The notes beneath the pieces are model-generated. The model had not been told where the DNA came from and searched no databases. It saw only the letters and a program-made list of their open reading frames with translations. Of a DNA stretch of 64,000 nucleotides, positions 18,250 through 28,371 are shown one piece after another. Position numbers and translations under genes: made by a program. This DNA comes from a virus (Duplodnaviria > Caudoviricetes), in the IMG/VR virus record IMGVR_UViG_2639762784_000001, positions 1 through 64,000 of that record, one strand, 5' to 3'. The stretch's first letter is position 1. Every line of letters starts with the position of its first letter.

Positions 18250-19837
18250 CGTCCTGGACGGAGCCGACGGCAGCGTCGCCCGGCAGGCGGAGGAATACCT
18301 GGCGCTCCGGGCGGAATACCGGCGCCTGAACCGGGCGCAGCGCCGCCGCATCGCCATCAACGCCAGCGACGACGTCCGGCCCGTCCTCGCCCAGATCGAA
18401 CGGGAGATGGCCCTCGAGCGGTCCCCCGGCGCCATGTCCGCCGTCCTCACCGACGGCCGGGAGAAACAGGCCCCGCACCTCGACCTGATCGACCGGGTGT
18501 TTAGGGACATCGCCCGCGGCCGCCCCCGCAAGGTCCTCATCACCATGCCCCCACGGCACGGCAAGAGCCGGCGGGCCGCGCGCTGGGCGCCCCTCTGGTA
18601 CCTATCGCGGCACCCCGACCACCGGGTGATGATCGCCTCCTACAGCGCCGACCTCGCCGACGACCACGGCCGGTGGATCCGCGACGCCATCAACACCTAC
18701 GGGGACCAGATCGGGCTCGCCCTGCACGCCGGATCCAAGGCCGCCAACCGCTTCGACCTCGCCGACCAGGACGGCAACCGCCTCGAGGGCGGCCTGGTCA
18801 CCGCCGGCGTCGGAGGCGGTCTGACCGGCAAGGGCGCGCACCTGGCCATAGTCGACGACCCGATCAAGGACGCCGCCGACGCCGAATCCCCCACCATGCG
18901 CAAACGCCTGTGGGACTGGTGGACCTCGGTCCTCAACACCCGTGTCGAACCCGGCGGCAGCATCCTGGTGATCCAGACCCGCTGGCATGAGCAAGACCTT
19001 GCCGGGAAGATCCTCGAAGGCGAGGACGCCGACGACTGGATCCGCCTGGACCTGCCCGCCATCTGCGACAGCAAAGACGACGCCCTGGGCCGGGAGATCG
19101 GCCGCCCCCTGTGGCCCGTCCGCTACGGCGTCAAAGCCCTCGAGAAGATCCGCCGCGCCGTCGGGGAGCGCGTCTGGTGGTCCCTCTACATGCAAAAGCC
19201 GCGCCCGCTCGAGGGCGGCGTGTGGAAGTGGCCGTGGATCACCGACAACCGCATCACCCCCATGGCGTTCCGCGGCGTCGACCTCACCCGCATCGTCGTG
19301 GCCGTCGACCAGGCCGGAGGCGAAGGAGACAACCACGACGAAGTCGGCGTCATCGGCGCCGGCCGCACCCACGACGGCCACCTGTACGTCCTCGCCGACC
19401 GCTCCGCGAACATGGGTGCCGACACCTGGGGCCACGAAGCGTGCCGCCTCGCCATCGAACTCAAGGCGGACGCGTTCGTGGTGGAGGACAACTTCGGCGG
19501 CGACCAGTCCGCGCAGATCCTCCGCCAGGCCTGGGCCGACCTGGAACGCGCCGGGGAGGCCAAGGGCCTGCTGACGCCGCGGATCATCCCGGTGCACGCC
19601 AAGCAGGGTAAGAAGCTCCGCGCCGAACCGATCGCCCAGCTCGCATCCCAAGGGATCGTGCACCACGTCGGGGAGTTCCCTCGCCTAGAGGGGCAACTGG
19701 TCACCTGGATTCCGGGCATGAACTCCCCGGACCGGATGGACGCCTACGTCCACGCCTGCACCGAGCTCGCCGACCCCATGCGGGAAGGCCTGGGCGCCCA
19801 GCACTACAGCGATCAGCGGTTGCGTGGACGACGGTGA
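18227..19837 (+). CDS. terL: Terminase large subunit
   Basis: ITMPPRHGKS Walker A, IVDDPIKD, QTRWHEQDLAG, VAVD..D nuclease motif, SPDRMDA. Confidence 0.95.
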   Translation: MTTATTPDVLDGADGSVARQAEEYLALRAEYRRLNRAQRRRIAINASDDVRPVLAQIEREMALERSPGAMSAVLTDGREKQAPHLDLIDRVFRDIARGRPRKVLITMPPRHGKSRRAARWAPLWYLSRHPDHRVMIASYSADLADDHGRWIRDAINTYGDQIGLALHAGSKAANRFDLADQDGNRLEGGLVTAGVGGGLTGKGAHLAIVDDPIKDAADAESPTMRKRLWDWWTSVLNTRVEPGGSILVIQTRWHEQDLAGKILEGEDADDWIRLDLPAICDSKDDALGREIGRPLWPVRYGVKALEKIRRAVGERVWWSLYMQKPRPLEGGVWKWPWITDNRITPMAFRGVDLTRIVVAVDQAGGEGDNHDEVGVIGAGRTHDGHLYVLADRSANMGADTWGHEACRLAIELKADAFVVEDNFGGDQSAQILRQAWADLERAGEAKGLLTPRIIPVHAKQGKKLRAEPIAQLASQGIVHHVGEFPRLEGQLVTWIPGMNSPDRMDAYVHACTELADPMREGLGAQHYSDQRLRGRR

Positions 19838-19888
19838 GGGGGAACCCGTCACGCCCGGTCCCCGTACCCTGATCACAGGCGCGGGGCC
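19838..19888 (+). promoter_or_regulatory. Element-specific (late) promoter-like motif
   Basis: GGGGGAAC-N19-TACCCT..AGGCGCGGGGCC. Confidence 0.7.
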
Positions 19889-19909
19889 TGAGTTGTGCGG
19901 AGGGCGGCA

Positions 19910-21793
19910 GTGGGCATCGTGTCCGGCCTGAAGCGCGTCACGATCGACGCGTGGTCCTGGCTGAACTACAAACCGATCTTTGCCGACCCTCGCGGCATGC
20001 CGCACCGGCGCGCCTTCCCCGAAGCCAAAGCCACCTGGGTCCCCCCGGAGGACGAACGCCGTCTCGCCGCTTACAAGCTGCTGGCCGCCTACGACAACAA
20101 CCAGGCCGCCGAACTCTCCGAGGTCATGGACGGCCCCGAGGCCCGCGAGAAACGCGAGTTCGGCGACCCGTCCATGTTCGTCGACGCGATCCTCGCGCAC
20201 GTCCTGGGCCGGGAGCAGCACATCACCGTTCCCGGCGCGGACGCCACCGACGCCACCGGGAAGCCCACCGCCGGGGTGGAGGCCGCGGAGCGGGTGCAGA
20301 CCCTGCTGCGGGACTGGGCCGAAGCCGAACTCCTCGCCATGCGGGTGCAGCAGACCGAGCGCAAGGCGGTCGCGCTGGGGGACGGCGTGTACCGGCTCGC
20401 CTGGGACCCGGCCAAGCAGCGCGCCACCGTGAGGGCCGTCGACCCGGGGTTCTACTTCCCGGTGCTGCCCGAGGATGGCGACGGGGAGTTCCCCGAGCGG
20501 GCGCACTTCGCGTGGGAGCTCCCGGAGGACCCACGCCGCGACCTCAAGCCGCGGATCCGGCGCATCACCTACGAGCTCGGTTCGATCGGCCCGGCCACCG
20601 CCGCCGGCGTCGACCAGGACGGGCGGGCGGTGCGGGCCGTGCGCACCATGGAAGGCCCCGACGGCAACCTGGTGCCCGTGGTCGGGCAGGGCGACACCGT
20701 GGACCCGGACACCGGGACCGTCACCCGCCTGTACGCGTGGAACGACCAGCCGTCGTACGTCACCTGCTACCTCACCGACGCCACCTGGAACCTCGAGGAC
20801 CTCAAGGGGCAGGTGGACGTCGACTCCCTGCCCCTGGACAAGGCCGTCTTCGCGACCCGCTCCGACGGCGAAGTCCTGGACCACCTCGACCTGCTCATCG
20901 ACTTCATCCCGGTGGTGCACGTCCCCAACACCGTGCCCCCGGCGGAGGAACACTGGGGGCAGTCCAGCCTGGCCAAGGTGCTGCAAGTCTTCGACGAACT
21001 GGCCGGCTCCGACACCGACTCCGCCCGCGCCTCCGCCACCACCGGCCTGCCCATGATCGCCATATCCGGCGTCAACGACCCGCGCGCCCAGATGGACGTC
21101 GGCCCCGGCGCCATGTTCAAACTCGGGGAGAACGGCAAACTCACCGCCGTCGACACCTCCCCCGCCCTGCGGGAACTGCGCGAGCACACCCACGACCTCG
21201 CCGACCGGGCCGCGAAGGTCGCCCGGCTACCCGCCGTCGCCCTGGGCACCATGAACCCCTCCCAGATGCCGTCCGGGTACGCCCTCCAACTGTCCCTGGG
21301 CCCGCTCGACTCCCTCATCGCGTCGATGCGGCTCGCCCGGGACCACAAGTACGCGCTGCTGCTGAAGTTCGTGCAACGGCTGCACCTGGCCGGGCAGCAC
21401 CCCGACTGGGCCGGCGTCCAGGTCCTCCCGGCGAAGCTCACCTTCGGCCCGTACACGCCCACCGACCGGGCCGCCATCCTCGAACAGGTCGCCCTCGGCG
21501 TGGAGAAGGGCGTCCTGTCCAAGGAAACCGGCATCGTCATGCTCATCGAGGCCGGCTTCCCCATCGAGGACGCCGCCGAGGAACTCAAGCGGATCGACTC
21601 CCGCGCGTTCATCGACGCCCGCGCCCTCGCCGATGCCCTCGGCAACCCGGACGAGGTCGCCCGCTTCCTCAACCGGCAGGCCCCGGACGAGCCCGAGACG
21701 CCGCCGGTGATCCTGCCCCCGGCCGGAGGCGACGAGGACGAGGACGACGCCCCGGACGGGACCGCCGGGGAAGGCGGGGGGAACACCCCATGA
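19910..21793 (+). CDS. Portal protein (putative)
   Basis: Follows TerL; LGDGVY, IPVVHVPN..WGQSSL, PSGYAL motifs; acidic tail. Confidence 0.8.
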   Translation: MGIVSGLKRVTIDAWSWLNYKPIFADPRGMPHRRAFPEAKATWVPPEDERRLAAYKLLAAYDNNQAAELSEVMDGPEAREKREFGDPSMFVDAILAHVLGREQHITVPGADATDATGKPTAGVEAAERVQTLLRDWAEAELLAMRVQQTERKAVALGDGVYRLAWDPAKQRATVRAVDPGFYFPVLPEDGDGEFPERAHFAWELPEDPRRDLKPRIRRITYELGSIGPATAAGVDQDGRAVRAVRTMEGPDGNLVPVVGQGDTVDPDTGTVTRLYAWNDQPSYVTCYLTDATWNLEDLKGQVDVDSLPLDKAVFATRSDGEVLDHLDLLIDFIPVVHVPNTVPPAEEHWGQSSLAKVLQVFDELAGSDTDSARASATTGLPMIAISGVNDPRAQMDVGPGAMFKLGENGKLTAVDTSPALRELREHTHDLADRAAKVARLPAVALGTMNPSQMPSGYALQLSLGPLDSLIASMRLARDHKYALLLKFVQRLHLAGQHPDWAGVQVLPAKLTFGPYTPTDRAAILEQVALGVEKGVLSKETGIVMLIEAGFPIEDAAEELKRIDSRAFIDARALADALGNPDEVARFLNRQAPDEPETPPVILPPAGGDEDEDDAPDGTAGEGGGNTP

Positions 21794-21827
21794 CGAACTG
21801 TGGTGTCCTTGATCTAGGCGCGGGGCC
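21777..21827 (+). promoter_or_regulatory. Element-specific (late) promoter-like motif
   Basis: GGGGGAAC-N31-AGGCGCGGGGCC. Confidence 0.65.
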
Positions 21828-21855
21828 TGACTTGTCCACGGGAGGACTGTCCCTC

Positions 21856-22581
21856 ATGCGTCGCCCCACGCAGCGTCCCGCCGCCCCCGGCTGGGTCCAC
21901 CCCTACACCGGCCTCGCCGGTCTCGCCGTGTTCTACAACGACGGCGGCGACCCGCCCGCGGACCCGCCGAAGCCCGGACCGCCTCCCACCCCCGCCCCGT
22001 CCCCGCAGTTCACCCAGGACGACCTGGACCGGATCGCCGCCAAGGAGAAGGCCCAAGGGCAGCGGGCCGGCGCCCGTCAGGCCCTCGAGGACCTTGCCAC
22101 CGAACTCGGCTTCACCAACCCGGACGACGTGAAGACGTTCGTGGCCGCCGCCCGCAAGGCGCAGCAGGACGCCCTCACGGAGGAGGAGCGCCGCCGCCAG
22201 GAACTCGAGCAGCGCGAGCAGGAGCTGGCCACCCGCGAGGCTGCCGCCACCGCGCGGGAGCGGGCCGCGAACCGGCGGGCCGTCCTGGTCGGGCTCGGCG
22301 CCACCGGCGACGACCTCGAGGACGCCGCCGCCCTGCTGCGCGTCGCGGACGACGCCGACGACCAGACCGTCCAGGACGCCGCCGCCGCGCTGAAGGAGCG
22401 CCGCCCCGAACTGTTCGGCACGAAGCCCGCCCCGGCGCCCAGCGCGCTGCCGCCCGCGCCCGGCGGGGCCCCCGCCGGCGCGCCCCCGGCCCGCACCACC
22501 CCCGGCAAGGACGACGCCAAGACCCGGGCCCGCGAACTGGCCATCAAGATGGGCTACGCCAAGCGGCCCGACGCCGCCTGA
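21856..22581 (+). CDS. Capsid scaffolding protein
   Basis: FTQDDLDRI, coiled coil, RPELFG, P-rich tail; GGAGG RBS. Confidence 0.8.
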   Translation: MRRPTQRPAAPGWVHPYTGLAGLAVFYNDGGDPPADPPKPGPPPTPAPSPQFTQDDLDRIAAKEKAQGQRAGARQALEDLATELGFTNPDDVKTFVAAARKAQQDALTEEERRRQELEQREQELATREAAATARERAANRRAVLVGLGATGDDLEDAAALLRVADDADDQTVQDAAAALKERRPELFGTKPAPAPSALPPAPGGAPAGAPPARTTPGKDDAKTRARELAIKMGYAKRPDAA

Positions 22582-22689
22582 CCAGCGGCCCGCAGACCGA
22601 GGGACCACGCCCTCTCTCCTCCCGTGGACGACACCCGCCAGGTGTCCGCACCCCCGCAGTGCAAGCAGTCCCCATGGGAGGAGATCGGC

Positions 22690-23097
22690 GTGGACATCCA
22701 GCCGACCACCACACAGGCGACCAGCACGGCCGACCGGCCGTGGCTGCTGTCGACCTACGGCACCGAGACCAACAAGACCGTCACCCTGGACGTCAGCAAG
22801 TTCACGTCCGGCACCCACTACACGGCCGCCGCGAACGGCGTCCCGAACCGGCTCAAGTCCGGTCTCCCGCTCGCCAAGGTCACCGCGTCCGGCCTGTACG
22901 CCCCCTACGCGTCCGGCGCGTCCGACGGCACCGAGGTCCTCGCCGGGCTCCTGGAGACCGAGACCGCGTTCAACACCGGCTCCACCAAGGTCGGCGCCGC
23001 CCTGCGCATCGTCGGCGACGTCGCCCGCGCCAAGCTGCCCGTCGCGCTCACCGTCCCCGCGGCCGCGAACCGCTCCGACTCCATCCACTTCTCCTGA
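22690..23097 (+). CDS. Head decoration protein
   Basis: LKSGLPLAK..GLYAPY..DGTEVLAGLL; lies between scaffold and capsid. Confidence 0.8.
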   Translation: MDIQPTTTQATSTADRPWLLSTYGTETNKTVTLDVSKFTSGTHYTAAANGVPNRLKSGLPLAKVTASGLYAPYASGASDGTEVLAGLLETETAFNTGSTKVGAALRIVGDVARAKLPVALTVPAAANRSDSIHFS

Positions 23098-23115
23098 GAA
23101 AGGGCGTGAACCCAG

Positions 23116-24165
23116 ATGCTTGAGGCCCTGCTCAGGGACATCACCCCGACCGACATCATCGCCTTCGCCCGCGAGGTGCAGACCCCGGCGGACTACGCGC
23201 TCACCGCGAACGTCATGCCGGAACGGCAGATCAACGGCGTCAAGTTCAAGACCCGCCGCACCAGCCGCCGCGTCAACGCCGCGAAGTACCGCGCCTACGA
23301 CGCGCAGACCCCCGTCGCGTCCCGCGAGGTCAAGCGGATCGAGACCGAGGGCATGCTGCCCCCGCTCGGCCAGAAGTACCTCGTCGGTGAGCTGGAGACG
23401 ATCCTGCTGGCCGCCCGGCGCGGCGCGGACGCGAGCGAGCTGGTGGAGTCCCTCTACGAGGACACCGCCGCGCACAGCCTGTCCATCCGCTCCCGCCTCG
23501 AACTTGCCGTCGGCGACCTGCTCACCGACGGCAAGTTCACCCTGTCCGGGGAGAACGGGCTGACCATCGAGTACAACGCGCAGGTCCCCACCGCGAACAT
23601 GCCCACCGCGGCAACGGCGTGGACCAACCCGGCCGCGGACGCCATCGCGGACGAGATGGCCTGGCTCGAGGTGCTGCGCGCCTCCGGAGCGCCGATGCCG
23701 GAGAAGGTCGTCACCTCCTACAAGGCACGCGCCCTCCTCGCCGGGAACGACGCCTACCGGTCCGCCTACTACGGCTCGGTGAACCCGTCGAACACGCCGA
23801 CCGCGACCCTCGCACCCAACGAGGTCGACACGGTCCGCGCCCGGTACAACCTGCCCCCGATCGAGATCTACGACGTGCAGATCCCGAAGGACGACGGCAG
23901 CATGGCCCGCCCGATCCCCGAGGACCGGTGGATCATGGTGCCGCCGAACCGGCAGCAGTGGGGCGAGACCCAGTACGGCATCACCGCCGAATCCATCGCG
24001 CTCACCACCGGCGACAACCCCGCCATCGAGCTGGAAGAGGCGCCCGGCATCATCGTCACCCACGGCTGGCAGGACGACCCCGTCCAGGTGTGGACCAAGG
24101 GATCCGCCGTGGCCATGCCGGTGCTGTACGTGCCGGACATCCACATCACCGCCAAGGTGTTCTGA
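23116..24165 (+). CDS. Major capsid protein (lambda gpE-like)
   Basis: 349 aa; YRAYDAQTP, AW..ADAIAD, DPVQVWTK..AMPVL; synteny. Confidence 0.88.
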   Translation: MLEALLRDITPTDIIAFAREVQTPADYALTANVMPERQINGVKFKTRRTSRRVNAAKYRAYDAQTPVASREVKRIETEGMLPPLGQKYLVGELETILLAARRGADASELVESLYEDTAAHSLSIRSRLELAVGDLLTDGKFTLSGENGLTIEYNAQVPTANMPTAATAWTNPAADAIADEMAWLEVLRASGAPMPEKVVTSYKARALLAGNDAYRSAYYGSVNPSNTPTATLAPNEVDTVRARYNLPPIEIYDVQIPKDDGSMARPIPEDRWIMVPPNRQQWGETQYGITAESIALTTGDNPAIELEEAPGIIVTHGWQDDPVQVWTKGSAVAMPVLYVPDIHITAKVF

Positions 24166-24443
24166 TGGCGCGGCTCGTGACGGACACCTTCGTGAAGGAC
24201 CCGCAGACGCGCCTCATGGTGCATCTGCGGGCCGGTGAAGAACCCGCACCCGAGTACGCGGAGCTCGTGACGAACCCCGCCGCGTGGGAAGACGGCAAGC
24301 TCCCCACCTCCGCCAAGTCCAAGGCCGACTCGTCCGACAAGGACGACGACGCCGAGGACGCCAAGCCGGCCGCGCGTAAGACCGCGGCCCGCAAGCCGGC
24401 TCGGGGCCGGAGCGCCGCTGACGAGGGCGACAGCGGCGACTAG
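24165..24443 (+). CDS. Small virion-associated protein
   Basis: Coupled to the capsid gene; LVTNPAAW; K/A-rich tail. Confidence 0.65.
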   Translation: MARLVTDTFVKDPQTRLMVHLRAGEEPAPEYAELVTNPAAWEDGKLPTSAKSKADSSDKDDDAEDAKPAARKTAARKPARGRSAADEGDSGD

Positions 24444-24536
24444 CGGCGTGCGGGCCCGCCCCAGGTGGGGGCGCCAACCGGCGGGCCCGCACCCGCACAC
24501 CCTTCCCACCCCACACCACGCCCCAGGAGGCCAGCA

Positions 24537-24866
24537 GTGGACACCGCCGTACGGTCCTGGCTCCTCGCCGAACTCGGCACCGCAACCGACCTGGTAGACC
24601 TTGAGGCCCGCTACACCCGCCTCGGCTCGGCACGCGCCGTCGCTCTCGAGATCCTCCGTGAACGCCTCGCCGCGCTGCGTGCCCAGCCGTCCACCGTCAA
24701 CGTGTCCGGTGTCGTGGCGGTCGGCTTCGCGGAGAACATCAAGGCGTACGAGCGGCAGATCGCCGCTCTCGAGAACGGGGAGCCGCCCGCCCCCGACGAC
24801 CCGACCGACGGCAGCACCGGCAGCGGTCTCGGCATGCTGCGCCTGGTCGAACGGCCACGCCGATGA
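24537..24866 (+). CDS. Head-tail adaptor (putative)
   Basis: AGGAGG RBS; size and synteny. Confidence 0.6.
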   Translation: MDTAVRSWLLAELGTATDLVDLEARYTRLGSARAVALEILRERLAALRAQPSTVNVSGVVAVGFAENIKAYERQIAALENGEPPAPDDPTDGSTGSGLGMLRLVERPRR

Positions 24867-25708
24867 CCACCCCGGTCCGGCGCCGCGGCCGCACCCTGCG
24901 CCAGCGTCTCCTCGGCTACATCACCAGCGCCGTCAACCGGCTCCGGCAGGCGTGGGCGATCCTCACCGGCGCCCAGAACCGGCTCCTGGCCGCCCTCGCC
25001 CGCATCCGGCCCGGCCGCAGTGCTGGCAGCGGCCAACGCCTGCGCGCCGCGGTCGCCGACTTCAACACGTCCCTCGCGGCGTTCAATCGGGCGGCGATGG
25101 CGATGGCGGAACGCTGGGCCGCCACGGACCTGCCGGTCATCTACCGCGAGGGCGCCTGGACACTCCTCGACAACGCGCTGCGCCCCACCACCCGTTTCTC
25201 CTGGACCGCCCGGCACCAGGCCGCCGTCACCGGCCTGTCCGCCCAGTACTACGCCGACCTCACCAGCCGCATCCAGGAGACCCTCCGCCGCGCCCGCGCG
25301 TTCCTCCGTGCCGCACAGGACGAAGCCCGCGACCCGGTCTCCGCTCGCATCGACACGGCTCGGCTGCGCGCCGACCACTCCCTCGACACCGTCGTCTACG
25401 CCAACAACTCGAAGCATTCGGTGGAGGCGTGGGCGAGTGCTGCGGTCACCTGGCAGGCCGTCACCACCGCCAACACGGCGGCCGCCCGCACCGCGCTGGA
25501 CGAGCTCGGCACCGAGTGGGTGGAGGTCCGTGACGGAAAAGGCTGCGGGTGGCGTGACCATCAGGACCCGGACAAGGCCGACCGCACGCTGCGCACCGTT
25601 CAGGACGCCCTTGCTCACCCGACCAGTCACGCCCACTGCGTCCGCGAGTTGCTGCCCCGCCTCGACCTCATCGGCCGAACCGACATCCGCACAGGAGCCC
25701 TCCTATGA
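24863..25708 (+). CDS. MuF-like minor head protein
   Basis: C-terminal VRDG..CGW..HAHCVR motif. Confidence 0.65.
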   Translation: MTTPVRRRGRTLRQRLLGYITSAVNRLRQAWAILTGAQNRLLAALARIRPGRSAGSGQRLRAAVADFNTSLAAFNRAAMAMAERWAATDLPVIYREGAWTLLDNALRPTTRFSWTARHQAAVTGLSAQYYADLTSRIQETLRRARAFLRAAQDEARDPVSARIDTARLRADHSLDTVVYANNSKHSVEAWASAAVTWQAVTTANTAAARTALDELGTEWVEVRDGKGCGWRDHQDPDKADRTLRTVQDALAHPTSHAHCVRELLPRLDLIGRTDIRTGALL

Positions 25709-25974
25709 CCGCGTCCCGATTCCGTAAGAAGCCCGTAGAGATCCAGGCCATGCACCTGTCCGAGCCGAACACGCCGGACTCCGTGGCCTCCTGGTGCGGC
25801 GGTCGAGTGGTCGGCGACGGCGTCACCGGTCATCGGTACTCCATCGAGATCGACACTCTCGAAGGGACCATGCGAGCCGATTTCGGCGACTGGGTGATCA
25901 GGGGTGTGGTCGGAGAGTTTTACCCATGCAAGCCGGACATCTTCGAGGCAACTTATGAGCCCGTCGATGAATGA
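25705..25974 (+). CDS. Conserved small phage protein
   Basis: FRKKPVEIQA..IDTLEG..GDWVIRG..GEFYPCKPDIFEATYE. Confidence 0.75.
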   Translation: MTASRFRKKPVEIQAMHLSEPNTPDSVASWCGGRVVGDGVTGHRYSIEIDTLEGTMRADFGDWVIRGVVGEFYPCKPDIFEATYEPVDE

Positions 25975-26353
25975 GCAGCCCGCCGAGCCGCAGGCCCACG
26001 GCGTCCGCATCACCGCCCAGCCCGGCCACGCCACCATCACCATCGGCGGCACCCCCCTCCCGTTGAACATCGTCACCGGGTACGCCGTCCAGCACGACAT
26101 CGCGGGCGGGCTCCCCCTCGTCGTCCTCCACACCCGGCAACCGGACGGCGTCGCCTTCGAGGGCCTCGCCCGCGTCGCGGTTGGCGTCAGCCAGACGCCC
26201 GGCGAGCTGGTGGCCGCTTTCCTCGCCGAGGTCGACCCGGAGATCCTGGACCAGCAGGCGCTGAACCGGGCCGACTACGGCGGCGGACCCGGCGCCACCG
26301 CACGCGCCATGCTCCAAACCCTCACCGAGTGGGCCAAGGGCGGTGGACGCTGA
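25967..26353 (+). CDS. Hypothetical phage protein
   Basis: Overlapping start and stop; codon bias. Confidence 0.65.
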   Translation: MNEQPAEPQAHGVRITAQPGHATITIGGTPLPLNIVTGYAVQHDIAGGLPLVVLHTRQPDGVAFEGLARVAVGVSQTPGELVAAFLAEVDPEILDQQALNRADYGGGPGATARAMLQTLTEWAKGGGR

Positions 26354-26796
26354 TGGCCGGCCTCGACCTCTCCTCCGTCGCCACCCTCGTGGAGGGCTTG
26401 GTCCTCCTCGACACCGTGCGGTTCGCCACCCCTGCCGGGGGGCCGCCCGTCTTCGACCCGGGCACCGGCCAGTACACCGCGCCCGAGGGGGTCATCATCT
26501 ACGAGGGACCCGGCGCCGTGCAGGTCGCCGGCACGGTAGGCGGCGTCACGTCGTTGCCCGTACCGAACCTGCCCTGGTCCGACGAGACACGGTCCAAGTA
26601 CAAGGCGCTGACACCGCTCGCGGCGCCGATCGCCGAACGGGACACCATCGTCACCGTCGTGACCGTGCACGAGGGGGGTGACGTGTCGCTGATCGGCCGG
26701 CAGTGGCGCGCCCAGGACCCATCCACCGGCGGCACGCTCGGTGTGGTCCGGGTGACGACGCTGGACCAGATCCAGCAGACCCGAGAGACCGGGTGA
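26353..26796 (+). CDS. Head-closure/stopper-like protein (DUF6093-like)
   Basis: FDPGTGQY..IYEGPGAVQ; synteny. Confidence 0.65.
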   Translation: MAGLDLSSVATLVEGLVLLDTVRFATPAGGPPVFDPGTGQYTAPEGVIIYEGPGAVQVAGTVGGVTSLPVPNLPWSDETRSKYKALTPLAAPIAERDTIVTVVTVHEGGDVSLIGRQWRAQDPSTGGTLGVVRVTTLDQIQQTRETG

Positions 26797-26801
26797 GCGG
26801 C

Positions 26802-27197
26802 ATGGACCTCGAGGACCTGGGGCCCCGCCTGGAGCGGGCAGCGGACCGGGTGGGCCCGGAGGTGAACCGGACGGTGCAGCAGCAGGCCCGCCTCGCCAAA
26901 GCAATGATCCGGTTCAACGCGTCCGGCAGGCCGGGCCCGAACATCATCACGGGGCAGTACTTCGACTCGTGGCGCACCGAGCCGTTCCCCGTGCCTGACG
27001 GCGGAGGAGCGACGGTCGGCACCGACCGCCCGCAGGGCCGTCGCCTGGAGTTCGGGTTCTGGGACATGACGGACAGCATCGGACGGCACTTCTTCCAGCC
27101 GCCGTACCCGCACGTGGAACCCGCCGTGAGCGAGCTGTCGGCGGAGTACGCGGACGCGTTCAAGGACGCCCTGGACCGAATCTTCGGGGGCGCGTGA
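26802..27197 (+). CDS. HK97 gp10-like neck protein
   Basis: TGQYFDSW..VGTD..RLEFG..QPPYPHVEPA. Confidence 0.7.
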   Translation: MDLEDLGPRLERAADRVGPEVNRTVQQQARLAKAMIRFNASGRPGPNIITGQYFDSWRTEPFPVPDGGGATVGTDRPQGRRLEFGFWDMTDSIGRHFFQPPYPHVEPAVSELSAEYADAFKDALDRIFGGA

Positions 27198-27670
27198 TGA
27201 TTGAGAGACGGCCCGTCACCCTGGGCCTGCAAACCCTCCTCGCCACCCTTACCGGGCGCCCCGTCGGCCTGCGCAGCGTCCCCCTGGACAATGCAGGCCG
27301 TCCGGTCGCGCCGCCGTACACGCTCCTGTACCCCCTCGACCGCAGCGACGACACCCGCACCCTCGCCGACAACCAACGGGCCGCTGTCCTGACCTACCAG
27401 GCCACGTTCGTCTCCGGCCCCACTCCCGGGGACCCCAACTCGCGTGGCGGGGACGAACAGGCGCAGTGGCTCACGGACCGCGCCTGGAAGGTCGTCGAAC
27501 GGCCCGCCAACGGATCCCCTGGCTACGCGCACCCCATGAACGTCGGGCCCGGCGTCAACTGCTGGAAACGGGAGGCAACCGAGGCGGGGGGAACGTCCGA
27601 CGCAGGAGATGGAATCATCACCAGTGTGATCCGATTCCGGCTCTTCCTCGAGGAGCAGCCGGCCGCCTGA
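27197..27670 (+). CDS. Tail terminator (putative)
   Basis: PPYTLLY motif; directly upstream of the tail tube gene. Confidence 0.6.
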   Translation: MIERRPVTLGLQTLLATLTGRPVGLRSVPLDNAGRPVAPPYTLLYPLDRSDDTRTLADNQRAAVLTYQATFVSGPTPGDPNSRGGDEQAQWLTDRAWKVVERPANGSPGYAHPMNVGPGVNCWKREATEAGGTSDAGDGIITSVIRFRLFLEEQPAA

Positions 27671-27799
27671 CCTTCCGGGGCCGGGCATCACCGCACCGCG
27701 GCGGGACCCCACGCGGACGCCACCACCTGCTGGTGGCCGCCACACCAGACACGTGTAGCAGGGGCCCCAAATCTCGGCCCCTATCCGCGAGGGGCCATC

Positions 27800-28270
27800 A
27801 TGAGGTTCAACCGCAAGGGCACCAGCAAAATCCAATTCCTTCCGACGATCGCCGACGAGTCGCTGATCCCGACCACCGCCGAGATCACCGCCGGTACGGA
27901 CTACACCGAGCAGATCAACGCCATCGAAGGCTGGTCCCTCGAGAACCAGCCCATCGAGACACCGGACATGGCGTCCACGTTCGTGTCGAAGATCGGCGGC
28001 GACGACTCCGCGGCCGACTCCTCCCTGACCTTCTACGAGGACTCGACGCTCGACGACATCGAGACCGACCTCGCCAAGGGCACGTCCGGCTACGTCGTCA
28101 TCTTCTCCAAGGGCAACGCACCCGACGCCAAGGGCATGGACGTCTACCCCGTCACCGTCGTCTCCAACAGCAAGGCGTACACGGCGGACAACGAAGCCGC
28201 GAAAATCACCGTCCAGTTCACGATCACCGCACGGCCCCTCTTCAACGGGACCGTCCCCACCGCCCCGTAA
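27800..28270 (+). CDS. Major tail tube protein
   Basis: PTTAEITAG..IEGWS..TPD..LTFY; position before the chaperone. Confidence 0.8.
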   Translation: MRFNRKGTSKIQFLPTIADESLIPTTAEITAGTDYTEQINAIEGWSLENQPIETPDMASTFVSKIGGDDSAADSSLTFYEDSTLDDIETDLAKGTSGYVVIFSKGNAPDAKGMDVYPVTVVSNSKAYTADNEAAKITVQFTITARPLFNGTVPTAP

Positions 28271-28371
28271 CCCTGGCCGGCTGACACACCCCTCCAAGCC
28301 CCCGGCCGGGCCCCGGTGTATCTGGGAAGGGCGCCGCGTGCGCCCGGCCGGGCCTTCCCAAAGGACCCGAC

